In this document: in pieces, positions 37,701 to 50,934 of the stretch
Numbering within the stretch: the stretch's first letter is position 1
How the letters are laid out: the number at the start of each line of letters is the position of its first letter
NCBI GenBank assembly: GCA_965112155.1
Contig: OZ218098.1
Origin: Podarcis liolepis
Taxonomy: Eukaryota
DNA: 64,000 nt
Reading direction: 5' to 3' (one strand)
Notes under the pieces: generated by a model
What the model was told of the DNA's origin: nothing
The model's input: only the letters and a program-made list of their open reading frames with translations
Database searches by the model: none
Translations under genes and position numbers: made by a program

Positions 37701-40700
37701 GAAAGCAGGTGGCAGGGTGACAGTGTTATGACTCAGTCAGACTGAACTCATGTTTGATGAACCAACTTCTATGCCAACTTTATGCCTCTGCAAGCTTAAT
37801 AGCCTGTCTAGGGCAACAACTCTGTGTGGCAATTAAGTATCCCTAACTCCATCCAGAGATGGAAAAGATGACATGCTTATATTGGAGGACTGAGAGTTGG
37901 TTTACATTTTTGTTTATCCTGAGCTAGGAACAGATCTGACAGGATAATGTACACACTTCAGGCCACTCATCAAACCCTGCAGGGTTGACTTCAGGCCTGA
38001 GGACACCCTCAGCCAAATGCCCCTGAGCAGGCTCCATGCTATGCTGATGGCCTCTTCAGGTGGGGAGCTACAGCAACAGCACACTTGTGAGCTTTGGGTA
38101 TGATTTTGCACAGTGCCCCAACATAGCATTGCTCTAGGAAACAAAGATGAGGGTTTTCAGACCCCCAATGGGAGCCACAGTGGATTTCATTGAAAGGAGC
38201 CTGCTCAGTGGGTCTAGCCAGGGTCCCGAGGCTTTGGCAGTTGCCCAGTGATGCTATGTGCTGATGATGGGACTTCCTCCCAGCTGCCAGTTATTCCAGT
38301 AACGAGGTGCCCCATTTTGTTCTTCACAGCTCTGCTGTCTTAATTTGTCTTCACTCTCAGTGAAGATTCTGGGATGTCCTACCTGCTTTGAAGGAGCAAC
38401 TCCTCTCCCAATAGAGTGTGTGTTGTATCTCTATGTGTGGTGGGTGTGCACATAAGGGAGTGTGCAGTGGACACACCACTACTCTTGGAGAGTTGCCCAA
38501 ATCTCTTGTGTGGTCCTTAGGCTGAAAAAGGTTAGCCACACGTGCTATAGGCTCTAGTGCAGGGTTTCCCAAACTTGGGTCTCCAGCTGTTTTTGGACTA
38601 CTGTTCCCCTCATTCCTGACTACTAGTCCTGCTAGCTAGGAACAATGGGATTTGTAGTCAAAACCACAGTCTGCTGCAGGGGTGTGGAACTTTTTGTAGA
38701 GGGCCTTTCCCCCTCAAGCATAATCTGTTAGAACTACATATTGGTGGTAGTGGGCCAGAGTCAAAAGTGGGTAGGGCTTGAGACAAAGGTAAGGGAGGGG
38801 CACAGCTTTCCCTCTCTTTCTAACACACTTTTCATTCTCTCTCTCTCCCTTAAACCCTTTCCCCTATTTTTCTCCTCCTTGCCACCCATGTGAAATTAAG
38901 TTATGGACCACATGAAATAAGGACGTGCACAGGTAGTGCCACAGATTGCCCACCCCCTGCTCTCGTACATTGTGGGGGTTTTTTTGTTTTTTGTTTGGTG
39001 TGCAGGCTTATTTTAACAATTTTGTCATAACTTACATGGGGAAACCCTGCTGTAGTAGGACGGCTGCAACCAAAGATTTGGAAACTCACTAAATTATGAG
39101 TTTCACCCCAACCCCATCCAGTGGGGGGAAATGCCTGTTTATACAGTTGGTAAAATCAAGTGACAAGATACGAGCTTGAGGGAGGGGAGGTGCATGCTTG
39201 AATCCGACACATACAGTCCTTGGCACTTAGTAAACCAGTATGCCAGGCCGAGTTCTAGGGCAGAGCCCATCTCCCTGACAACCTTTTTTATGGGTCAGGA
39301 AATATTTTACAGGTGACTATTCAAAGATGGAACCACCTACTTGTAGCCTGAAGTTGAGCTTTTTCTCCTTGGGGACAGACTCAATCACTTGGTGCTGCTG
39401 ACTGTACACACTTGCCCTGACTAACCGACTATTTGCTCTGCTAAGGGGTAAAAGTACTGTGGCAGCCATTTTGTCATGACCATGGAACTGGGCTGTATGG
39501 GATTCTGGGGTTTTCCTTCTGCACCTTGAGAAAGTGTGGCCAATGTTCCAGCGCAGTGTCATGATCAACATGAAAAGGGAAAGTGAACTCTGAGGGGACA
39601 GGCCTGTCTCTTTCCTGCTCTCTGATATCGCAGTTTGTTAAAGCAATTGCCAGCATTAGACTCTGTGGGCTGTGTCAGAATTCAAAAGGAAAAGACTGGT
39701 GGGCCTAGAGAGAGTGTCATAAATATATATTTAAAAAATGGGTCAGCATTGCTTCCTGACTAAGCTGACTAAGCGATGATGGTTTTGCAAAAACATTTCA
39801 CGGTGTGCTGCAAAACCGCCACGTGGTCCCAAAGGCTGCTTTGTGTGTCACAAAATCCCTATACAGGAAGTATCTCCGGCCTGGTGACAGATGTGCAGCC
39901 TCTGCAGAGATCACATGTGACAACTTGCATACGCAGGCTTCCTTGATGCTGATGGGAATCTGGGGGAAACAAAGAGTACACATGTGCTTTTCCACACAAG
40001 GCAGGTGGATCCAGTCAGAAGAGTCACTTGCCCATATCAGCTGGTGTCTCGACAGAGCCCTGAGATATGGTAACTTGGCTAAAGTGATAAGTAAGACAGG
40101 TTTTGAAAATGACTTTTCCAGGTTCAACTTCAGCTGCTGTAAAGTCTACAAAAGGGTATCAGTTCCAGGGTCAGAACATGGATACCCCTAGTTTTATAAA
40201 CCAAGGTCTTGTTCACAAATACAATTGCTTAGTCCTTCAAATGTCTCTGAGCGTAGAATTGCTTGTCAAAATGGGCAGTGCTTGGTAGGTGGGAAGAAAG
40301 TTGGTGGCTGTTCGTTTTTGCTTGGCTCCTGGGTGCTGTTTTCCTTTCTGACACAGGAAGTGATTTGAGGCATCACTCTCTTGAGATGCTGAAGAAGAGC
40401 AGCTGCTTAAGAAGGCACAGGCCAGAGAGTTTTGATGGGAGAAGAATTAGAATGGATGGAGGAAAGGCTCTCTGTTTTCTGGGAGAGATGCACACAACTT
40501 GAGAGGACAACAATAACAATAACAAAAAACAAACAAAACCAGAAGTCATGAGCATAGTGGATTGAAACTTCAGTGCCTGGAGCCCCACAGGAGGTGAATA
40601 GCCTGACTGTCCCTGTTTACTTCAGAGTGATGTGTCCACAGTTCAAAGAGTGAGGGGCGGGGAAGCTTCACTAGGCCGCTATTGGTTTGGTGGTGGGTTC

Positions 40701-43211
40701 CCTAACCCGGTTCTTTCTAGATGTTGTTGGACTACAACTCCCATCATGACTGCACATGCAGCATGGTGGCAAGGAGCTGGAAGTCTAATATGTGGAGGAG
40801 ACCAGTCTGGTGAAGGCAGTTGTCTGTTAGCAGTTGATACATTTGTAGATGCTGTCTGGATTATGAGGGGCCATCACTGACAAGTCCGTGACCATACATT
40901 GCTTGTTGAATCTTTCTGTGCTGTCATCATTTGGGGCTGGTTTTGGAGATTGCTCTTCATTTGTTTAGTGGTGGGGAGGGGAGGAAGAGTCCTACTCCTT
41001 CTTCTGCGGTTGATGAGAATCTGGACCGCACTTAACTTTCTGTCAAAGCCAACATGACACTCACATTCTCTTTAGCTATGTCAGATTTTTTTAAAAAATA
41101 ACATCAGGTAACAGAAACACAATCTTCACCAGGACCACAGTGCTTGGGGTGGGAGGAGTTCAACCCTTTCCTTCCCCTGCCAAGGCTACAGCTGTTTTGG
41201 TTTTAATTCCTGACTTGGTTGCTGAAGACACAGGTCTAGTGGGCTGGGAAATGTGTTTGTAAAGCAACCACTGGCCCTCTTTTACACCTGGAGATAGATG
41301 CTGTGTGGTTTCTCTTTAGAGCAGCAGCTCCATGAACTGCTCAGTAGCTGACAAAGGGAAACAGGGTGCCTCTACCCTTTGAATAGTTGTGTTAGAACTG
41401 GGAGTTTTTGCAGTTGCAGCTCAGCTGGACGTGACAAAGTCATCTACTCAAATCTCCCCCTGCTCTTTCTTCTTCCACTACTATTTGTGTATGCAGGAGC
41501 CTCACCCTCCATTTCAACTAGTTAGCTAGCAATATTATTAAGGCAGGAATTTCCCCTAAACATTTCAGCAAACTGCCCATTGTCTTCTCTTAGCATGTAT
41601 TGGAGCCACCCTAATTAGTGTGCACACAATTTTCTACTCTTGAGGTGGCACTTTTGTACATTGATTCCAAGGTACTTCCAGGTGCTTCTACCTGTTGCTA
41701 CAGTGAGGAACAGTTGCTGGCAAACAGGAAGCACAACAGAGACACTGTATTGCAGGGTTATAGATCTATAGGAGTGTTTTTTTGGTTGGACAATACTTCT
41801 GTTATCTGGGCCAATCCTGCTAACCCATGTAAAGCTAGTACGTACTAATCTGAGTGGGCCTCTATAAGGACATAATAGCCCTGCTTGATCAGACCAAAGG
41901 CCTTTTTAATCCAGCATTCTGTGATGCTGAGACGAAAATTTTCGTTGTGAAATGGTTGTTGCAGTGGGCTGCAATATTCTAACTTGAACCCCTTCCAGAA
42001 TATTGATTTTCCCCTCTGACCAAGAGTCCTGAGGTTCTTGTGCTGTGCCTGCCTCTGTTTCTAGTCTGACATCTTTCAAGAAGGGGATAATGGACCCTGG
42101 AAAATGACTGTTGAAGGGGAAGAGAACAGGCTTTTTGTAATTATGGCTCTTTACAGAAAAACTAGTGTGACTCATCTATTTGGTGTAGGGTAGATATCTT
42201 TCAGCAGCACAGACAGGGGAAAATAAAAGGGACAGATTAAATTTCTAGGCTTCTGGAGAAAGGAAGAGATGACAAATGCAGGAAGGGAAGCAGAAATCCA
42301 ACAATTGCAGTGGTCAGGTTTATTAGAACCAGTAGGACCCCCAACAAAATATGGAAGTATACCCCCCCCAATCCCTTTCCTCCACGACTCCAGCCTTTAG
42401 CTAGAAGGCATTTAAGCTAGCCAATTGTTTATTTCCATCATTGGCAATCCATATTCCGTGGTTCCTGGAAGCCATTAAGCATGCTCAATACTCATTGGTC
42501 TGGGTTGTGGGAATTTTGAGAGAATGGAGTCCCCCCTTGAAACAGCCCCAGGACTCAGCTACATTAGTAAACAACAACAACAGCTTTGTAAATGCGTTAT
42601 AAACATGCAACATCAGATGGCACTATGGAGCACAAAACTTTTCTTAATGTTCCCCCACATTCTAGCCATTTTGGCGCCTTTTGAAATTGAGTGATTTGAG
42701 CTCACTGTTAAAAGGAACAAGTGTGGCCTGCAACAAAATGTTGCAGTGTGTTCTGATACCCTAAGAGATGTGTGCTTGTTGGTGGCTCTAGAGCCTTGCT
42801 GGTGCTACTCAGTGTGGAGGTGGAGTTTCAGGAGTGGGATGAAAGAAAGGGGGGGGGGATTCTGCCCCCCTCACCCTCTTGACTGTGAAAAGCAAACGAA
42901 AAACAACCTACTATGCAATTCTATAAATTTCAAATCAAAAGTAAATTCCATTTTTATTTCAATGGAGCATTCTCCCAAGTAAGTGGATATCAGATTATTC
43001 CCTACCTCTTGAGTCACCACTGCAATAGCCAGATCCCTTTCAGGAGCTAGCACTTTACTGAAACAACATATATATAGTGAGAGCAGAGCAATCCTAATCA
43101 TGTCTACTCATAACTAAATTGTATTTAATTCACCAGGGTTTACTCCCAGCAAAAGGAGGTTGGGATTACATCCTAACTTTCCCTTCCCCTGCTGGAAAAG
43201 CCAAGCGCTCG

Positions 43212-43289
<78 letters not shown>
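43212..43289. repeat. (CT)n(CA)n compound microsatellite
   Basis: Direct reading. Confidence 0.95.
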
Positions 43290-43291
<2 letters not shown>

Positions 43292-44905
43292 GTGGGATGA
43301 AGATTTATGCATTCATTTCAATGAATTCATTCCCCCACTCCTCTCTGCTCTGAATTTATCAGTGTTCTGTTTGTTTGTTGTAATTTTTACAGTAAAGTTG
43401 CTTGTTTCTGTTGCACTGCTCCAGAAGAAACAGTCCTCTCAAAGAAGCCTTCCCCTCAAGACAATGTGGCTATGGATCTGTTCTCTCCCCCCCTCCCCCT
43501 TTATAAATTATTGGCTTTGTTATTCTGCTTCCTCCTTTTCTTTGCTTGCACATACCCAACAGCTTAGTGCAAGCTAGTAATTTGGAAGGGGAGAATGCCA
43601 CTGCAGCTTGCTAAACAAAGTGAAAAGAGGGGGTGGAGGAGTGTGGGGGCTGGCTCTCTCAGCCGTGTTTGCATGTTCTCTCCTTGGTACAGGATGCTGT
43701 GCTGGGAGAACTATGAATAAAAAGGCCGCAGTTAAATGACATAGGAAGGGGGAATGGCAAAAACTGAGAGGGCTGCCATTCCGAGTTCACTTAGGAACAT
43801 AGGTAGCTGCCTTATGTGGACTCTGACCAGCTGCTCCACCTTGCTCTGCGTTGTCTACTCTGACCGGCACAAGAGGCTCACCAGGGTTCTTTCTGGAGAT
43901 TGCAGAGATTGAACTGGGGTCTGTCTTCATGCAAAGCGGATGCTTCTACTGCTGAGCTTTGGCTCTTTCCAATCGCTTGAAAATTTGGGGAACATGGCTA
44001 AAGTGCTTGCCCTGCATTGATCCTATGCTGCCTAATACGTTCTATCCTAAATTTTACAATGATGGTATATGTTATGTAATAAGGGGTTTCACTCCCTTGT
44101 CCAGGTGCACAACTCCAGGAGAAAAGTACGAACCATGTAGCTGGGTGCAGATTAATCAAAATCTCCATTTTATCAACCATCCACCCCCACTCAAGCTGCC
44201 AGATCACTGACCCACCTACCCCATTGGAGGCTCTTACTTCCTAGGAACCTATTCTTGGAAAAGGAAGCTTTATCCAAGATACAACATTTTAGGATCTGTA
44301 ATATCAAGGTTCTCCCCCCCCCCCGCCTGGTATTTGGAGGCAGAATACTTGCTCTGTGATGCTTAATCTGTGGTGGTTCATTCGTTGGGGCTTCAGTGAT
44401 GACCAAGCTGAGCTTTCTTTTTTCAAGTTCTGGTTGGCTGAGTCGTAAGTAATTAAAAGGCCTCCTCTAGTCTATTTATGGCTTTGCTTTTAATTTCTAG
44501 CTATTTCAAACTAAGTGCTAGGAAAAGCAGCTCATAGGGGAATAGTTAGCAGCCCCCCTCCCACTCTTTGTCTGCTCAAAATGACAGCCTCCCAAGGGTG
44601 CTTTGGTGCCCCGGGGAACACTGGTGAGCTGCAAATACAATTTAAGACGTGCTGCACTGTTAGAATCTGATGTTTTTCTGTGGACTGTGGGTTATGGAGC
44701 TTTGGTATGTGCCAGTTGTGGCAGGTCTGTTGCAAGGTATGTGCCAGGTGTGGTGGGTGCAGTTCTCTGGAGGTGGGATGGGGAGCAGGGATTGTTAAAA
44801 AAAAAAGCTGTTCATGCTTTTTGAGTGTGTGTGTGTGAATGGGCCATGTCCTGTTTGATGGGGACCCAGCACTGCCTGCCTTTTCACCTCCCTTGGGGGA
44901 AATAA

Positions 44906-44908
<3 letters not shown>

Positions 44909-44983
<75 letters not shown>

Positions 44984-45083
44984 GTCCTGACTTTAAACTT
45001 GGTAACTTGGTAAGCAAGCTGGAGCTTTATCAAATTATATTCAGGTACCCTCCAGCTTGGCTTTGAGCAGAGTTCAAAAACAG
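44909..45083 (-). repeat. Dispersed inverted duplication, copy 2
   Basis: (TG)n(AG)n followed by reverse complement of 30236-30330; carries an extra AACTTGGT duplication. Confidence 0.9.
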
Positions 45084-45455
45084 AGAGAGAGAGAAACAGA
45101 ATCAAAATGCAGAGTTCTAAAACTCCCTTGCTCAAAAAAGGTAATCTAGTTTAAATATTGCATAGAAATGTACTGTCACAACCCTGTTTCGAACGATAAA
45201 AATACATAAACTCTTTCTACTTGTTTCCATCTTGGAAGAGGATGATAGGAGAGGATTGCCAGGATATTTTCATTTTCTTTTCCCCCTTTTTTTTGCTGGA
45301 TATATTATAGGTCTATATTTAACTTTGTTGGTGGAAAAACTGTATGCAGCTGTTCCTGAAACCTCCAGCAGTTTTGCTGTGGTGGCAATGATGGCCTGCC
45401 TGTCTCTCCTGGTGCTTTCACCCAACATGTAGTAGACAGCACCATTACAAGAGAC

Positions 45456-45624
45456 CAGTGGCGTAGCGTGGGTGGTGCAGGGGGGGCCGGCCGCACCGGG
45501 CGCAACACCTGGGGGTTAAGGTTAGGGGGCGCAAATTCACAGGTTAGGGGGCGCAAATCCACGGGTTAGGGGGCGCAAATTACTTGCCTTGCCCCGGGTG
45601 CTGACAACCCATGCTACGCCACTG
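45456..45624. mobile_element. hAT-type MITE with internal 22-bp tandem repeat
   Basis: TIR CAGTGGCGTAGC(G/A)TGGGT, 8-bp TSD CAAGAGAC/GAAGAGAC. Confidence 0.85.
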
Positions 45625-46165
45625 GAAGAGACCCTGACTTAGGCCAATTACCCATCAAGATCAGCATCCTCTCACAGTAGCCAATCAAATGTCTGTGAGA
45701 AGCCAGCAAACTGGTTCTGAGTGAAATAGTATTCAGCCCACCTGCAGTTCTCATGAACTGGTAGTCAGAGGCATAGTGCCTCTGACAATGGAGGGTGCCC
45801 CCTGACCTGTCCCCTCTAAGCTAGCTTTCTGCCCTGGGTGTGGTGGAAGATGCTGCCCTGTCTTGAAGTATGATTGAGCTATTAGCATAATTATGTAAAA
45901 TGGACAAGGGAGGGAATGCACCTGCTTTGGGCAGCAAAATGTATTGAGCTGGCCGTGCTAGTTGAAAACCTTTCCTAAACGTTATTTGACCTGGGATGGA
46001 GACTGGGAAAAGCTTACCTTGCAACATTTTTGAAAAGGCCATGAGCCATCTAAGACCTTGCCAACAAGTTTTGATCAATTCCATCATTCCAATGACCTTC
46101 GGATGCTGCATTTTTCAAGGGCAATGGAAATAATCCAATATTTTCCCATCACACATTGTATGTGT

Positions 46166-46168
<3 letters not shown>

Positions 46169-46208
<40 letters not shown>
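46169..46208. repeat. (AC)n microsatellite
   Basis: Direct reading. Confidence 0.95.
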
Positions 46209-46209
<1 letters not shown>

Positions 46210-46979
46210 AAGATTTCATTGTGGATTTGTGAAAGCTTCTTATCAAGGACCTCTAAAATGGAGGTTGCAAATTTAAGAACACCTATCAATCAATGCATAG
46301 GTAGCCATTGATCCATCTAGCTTCATATAAGCTACCACATTACCTAGCAGTGGGTCTTCTGGGTTTCTGACAGGGGTCTTTCAGCCTTACCTGAAGATGC
46401 CACGAATTGAACCTGGGACCTTCTGCATGCAAAGCACTGAACTACTTTCCTTCCTCCTAATAGGAAGTGAATCCCACCGAGCTTAGTGAAATTTGCATCC
46501 CTTGTGTCAACATGCCTAGGATTGTGCTGCATGTCTCCTACAACCTTCCAATAATTCCCAGGGTGTTTGTTCCTTGCCTCTGGGATTTTGATTCTCCCAA
46601 GATTTACTGCTGGTCTAACAAAGTGTGATGTTGGGAGCCTCTGGGACTTGGTCTCTGGAGTGTGGCGCGGGAGACTAAAGGAGTGGCGGTGTCCCCTTCT
46701 GGGTCCAGGTTTGAAACTGATGAGCAAAAATGGTCAAAAAAGGTACCATGCCATTGGAGCTACTGACATATTAAACCACTGCCATCAGGTGCCCATGTTT
46801 TGTCCCACCTTGTCTGTTTATTTCTCTTTCTCAGCGGAGTCTGTTGGAGAAAATGAGGCACTGCTTTTGCCATCTCCAGTCTGCACTCAGCTAGTCCCCA
46901 CCTACTTACAACCCACCCACAGGGTGCTGCTGGCTCTCAGCTTCCCCCTCCTTATACTCGGTGCTGCCCTGTAGAAGTC

Positions 46980-47166
46980 AGCGGGGAGGAGGGTGGGGAC
47001 AATACTAGAATTTGTGTGCTGCTTCTGTCATTGGCTGTGGCTCCCTGTCTTCCGCCCTACCAGCCCCAGTGGCCAGCAGTTGCCACGGCCCCCTCTTACG
47101 TCTTTCGCTGCAGGCTCTTCGGAACAGGAGACTGTTTGCCAGCCATACTTGGCAGCACAGTTCAAA
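46980..47166 (+). promoter_or_regulatory. Candidate CEND1 proximal promoter and non-coding first exon
   Basis: G-rich Sp1-like tract, ATTGG (~47030), CCGCCC (~47052), then a consensus GTAAGT donor at 47167 that could join the acceptor ending 47672. Confidence 0.55.
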
Positions 47167-47908
47167 GTAAGTAGCCGCCATAAATGAGCACCGCCTTTTC
47201 TTAGAAAGTAAAATACAGAGGCCTCCCCCAAACATTTTTGTTTAGATCAGCCTACCCAGATATTTAGAAAGTTGGTGCGAGTTTTTATCTTTTTCCCCGT
47301 CTATTGTTATTTTAGCTTGATTTTTTAAAAAATTACAGATAATGTTTTTCTTTCATTCCTATTTTTTGTAAACTGCTTTGAGGGTTTTTTAAACAATCAG
47401 GCAGTGTTTAAATTTTATGAAATAAAATAATATAAAAAATACGCACCCTAGATCATTGACTGGTGTCTAGTATGACAGGGTTGATATTTGGCCTCAATAG
47501 GTCTACTGCAACATCAACACTATGTTACCATGCAAATATATAGCAAAATATTAAGAAGTGAGTCCTGAAATACATGTCTGGGCAAAATGTGTGTCTCCAG
47601 GTCTGAAAAGATGGGATACTGCTCTTGATGTCTTTTGTGACCTGACCTTCATATTTCTAATTTATCTTGCAGGTTCTATAACATGATCCAGCGGCATATT
47701 GTTTGAGCAGGGCGCCCTCCAGGAACACGGAATTATAGCTGCACAAGGCCAAGCAGTTTTGAGGCAGATCCTTTTTTATTGGGATTTTGGCTCGAGGGCC
47801 AAGTGAAGGGAGCCGGGGTCAGTCCAACCTGCTTTGTGCCTCCCTACCACCCCTTTTGGTTTGGTCTGAGAGCAGGAGTGGGTGGCCTCTGCTGTGCAGC
47901 TGAGCAAG

Positions 47909-48331
47909 ATGGAGTCCAAAGGAAGCACCCGAGGTGGAAATAAGCCCGATGCCAAGACCGCCAGCTCAGGGAAGCCAGAGAAGCCCAACCCTGGCCCTGC
48001 CACAGCTGCCGATAAGAAAGAAGCCCCATCAAAGGAGCAGCCGGCTCCTCCTGCCACCACCCCAGCCAAAAAGGCGGCAACGGCGGCAGCCAGTGAGGCG
48101 ACCATGCTGAACAACCACGGCAACATGAAGCCTAGCTCTGCTGGGGGAGCGGCGGAGGGTGCAGAGGCCGCAGGTCATCCCGCTGACTCTGAGCACAAAG
48201 GGAACAATGCGGAGGAGTCTCCGGGCAGCAGCATTTTTGAGAACATGAAGCCTCTGATCATCGTCGGAGGGGCGGCGGTGGCTGCCATTGCTCTGATTGT
48301 GGGAGTGGCTCTCCTTGCCCGGAAAAAATAA
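47909..48331 (+). CDS. CEND1: Cell cycle exit and neuronal differentiation protein 1 (BM88), 140 aa, single coding exon
   Basis: aagATGg start; MESKGS...KKEAPSKEQPAPPATTPAKK...LNNHGNMKP...ENMKPLIIVGGAAVAAIALIVGVALLARKK matches CEND1 motifs incl. C-terminal TM helix + RKK tail; syntenic between SLC25A22 and GATD1; splice acceptor tttatcttgcag ending 47672. Confidence 0.96.
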   Translation: MESKGSTRGGNKPDAKTASSGKPEKPNPGPATAADKKEAPSKEQPAPPATTPAKKAATAAASEATMLNNHGNMKPSSAGGAAEGAEAAGHPADSEHKGNNAEESPGSSIFENMKPLIIVGGAAVAAIALIVGVALLARKK

Positions 48332-50493
48332 ATTGCACCCAAGAAGCGCAGGGGAGAGGAATAACCCTGGGCTGAATGTACAGTTCCTTTTGAAACAAAA
48401 TGCATGTGGTAAACTCTATACATACCTATAAATATGCCGTATATAGAGAGAAAGATCTTAGTAGGTACAAACTGCAATGCTGGCCGCTGCCTTGCTCAAA
48501 GCAGATGCGCCAGCATTGGCCTAGCGCGGGCACTTGGTGGGCTTCTGCTCTTTTGTGTAATATAACTCAGCTAGCAGCAATGTGTATAGATGGCTTTTCT
48601 TCTCTGGTCCGTATGAGCTCTTGCGGTGTTTTCCTTTCCTTCCCCACCTTTTGTCCCGAGGTTGGCTCCAGGGTCACTTAGAGTTCTCAGCTTGGTTACG
48701 CTGGATTGCGGTAGAGCAGGTGGAAACGGAGAATTTCCCATCGGCAGGGTCACCTGTTGCCATCTCTGTTCCAGCACACACTGTAAAGTGGTGTGAGAAT
48801 GCTCACAAGCTAGAGCTTCTTTCCTGATCCAAGGAGGATAGGGTGTCCCTAGTACGCGTTTCGTCATAGCATTAATGTGCTCACTCTGTCCCCCCTTGCC
48901 TAAGTTTCAAAGTAGCAGCAGGAGCACGGGGGGCTTTCAAAGGTCAAGAAGCAAGCATGGCCTGCTGAAAGCCATAGGGTAGCCTTGCCATCCCACCGTG
49001 CAATATATGGGCATGGTGATGTATAGCAGCCTGGCTGCGGATTTCAATGAGCATTGCAACTTAGTTGAGCATTTTCTGTTGAAGAACCTGGCCCTGTGCT
49101 GGTAAACTTCTTATGCAGGACTTGATGCCATTGATACTTAAAACAACATGATTCAAAATATGTGGAAGTCAAGGAGGCGTTTTGTGCTTATGGATTTGGG
49201 ATGAATGCTAGCGCTTCGCTGTGGAAGGTTGACCTGTCATTGTATGCCATGTATGGAAGGGGAAAGTAAGAAGCAATTATGGGCTGGTTGGTTGGTTTGT
49301 TCTTTCTTTTGCTTTCCTCTTTTTTTTAGCTTGTGACCAATCAACAACTGGATTATGGTTTAGGAAGTATTTATGTATGGAGCATCCTGCCCGGTGCACA
49401 GATTTGAAATGGATGGGTTGTCTTTTGCTATCTGACACTTTATATCTCTAATGCTGGAGGAGCTAGACCAGTGGGCTAATCCCATTTATTTCACTGGACA
49501 TTTCAGTGCAGAAAAAAAATGGCAACCGATTCATTGAGGCAACTCCCCCCCCCCTAATAAATTAGAACCAATGGGCATTTAAGAGGGGAGGAAATTCCCT
49601 GTGTCCTGAGTTAGCCTTGCTACATTGGTGGCCTTCCTGAAGAATTAAAATCAGACTTTGAGAGGAGAAAGGATCAGTGGAATGTATGTTGACGTATCTT
49701 TGTTAATATATCTACCAGAGATAATCCACTAACCATAAGAACCTTGGGACATAAATTGTAATGTAGGGATGACCGTTTGAAACAAGAAGCTTACATGTAT
49801 ATTTTTGCTTAGATTGAATCTGATGCGAAAGTGGTGATTGACATCAGATTAGTGTTGTTGTTGTTTTTTTAAAAAAAGGAAAGGCTAATTAGATTGAACT
49901 AGGAGTTGTAAAGCTTTTTTCTGTTGTTAGGTTGGGATAGATATGAGCAGCCAAGTTTTCGTTGCAGTACAGACTTGCTCATAAATTAATGTGGGTACTA
50001 GATTTCTTTTGCATTTTAGTCTCTGGACCCACAACTTGATCATGAAATAGGATGTGATGGTGACAGTGGCAGGACTACAGTTCATCGTCTTGAAGACCAA
50101 CTTTCTCTCCCTTTCTTTCGTATTTATGGTTGTGACATGATAGGTTATGTCTATAGGGGAATCATTCACCAACAGTCATTGCTTAGTACTGTGGTGTCCC
50201 ACTGTCTAGAATAATTCTCCAGAACCCACCTCCAGTCTGAAAGCACCTGTATTTTTGTGTGTGTATGTATGTGTACAAGCTTTCCTATACAAGCTTTCCT
50301 ACCCTTACCTTATTTGAGAGTATCTGTGTATATAGTACAGTTTACTGAAGTCTTTGTAAAGCTACAAAACCTGTATTCTTTGTACAAAAAGCAAAAGGCA
50401 ATCATTATTTGCGCACCTGCATTCACACAAAGTGTCCATGTTTTGTGCCACTTGCATTCCACCATGCAGCATCCGAAACCATGGTTTCCTTCC

Positions 50494-50499
50494 AATAAA
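50494..50499 (+). terminator. Likely CEND1 polyadenylation signal AATAAA
   Basis: AATAAA preceded by a cluster of TGTA motifs (50247-50390), 2.2 kb after the stop codon. Confidence 0.55.
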
Positions 50500-50844
50500 T
50501 GAATGTATGGTTAGCCAACTGGTGAATGTACGATAATCCCTCTTGTGCCCGGAGCTGAATACTACTGCTTCTAAGCAGACCCTTTTAAAATGAGAAATCT
50601 AGTCAGTATAATCTTCTGATGCAGTCAGCAAAAAATAGCCGTGTACCAGCACTGCACATTCTTTATATGTGTGTGTGGCACATTCCTCCCTGAAGTTTCC
50701 ATGTAAACCAGGAGGTGTTATCATTGTGACTCCTGCCCATCATTGGCCCTTTTGGAAAAAAGAAGGGCACTCGCCTTGCTTACGCCTTGCCTGACTCCTG
50801 CTTCTCAGCTGCTCCTGTGTTGGCATATTGAGGCAGGGCATAGG

Positions 50845-50934
50845 CATAGCTGTCAACGCTTCCCTTTTTTAAAGGGAAATTCCCTTATTCTGAATAGGAT
50901 TCCTCGCAAGAAAAGGGGAAAGTTGACAGCTATG
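50845..50934. mobile_element. 90-bp hAT-type MITE
   Basis: TIR CATAGCTGTCAAC/GTTGACAGCTATG, 8-bp TSD GGCATAGG/GACATAGG. Confidence 0.85.

Noticed and set aside
45520-45582. Regularly spaced short repeats reminiscent of a CRISPR array
   Set aside because: Eukaryotic context, only 5-nt variable parts, located inside a MITE, and no cas genes.
47882-47908. GTG-initiated 9-aa extension of CEND1 shown in the ORF track
   Set aside because: Homology starts at MESK, and the ATG at 47909 has good Kozak context.
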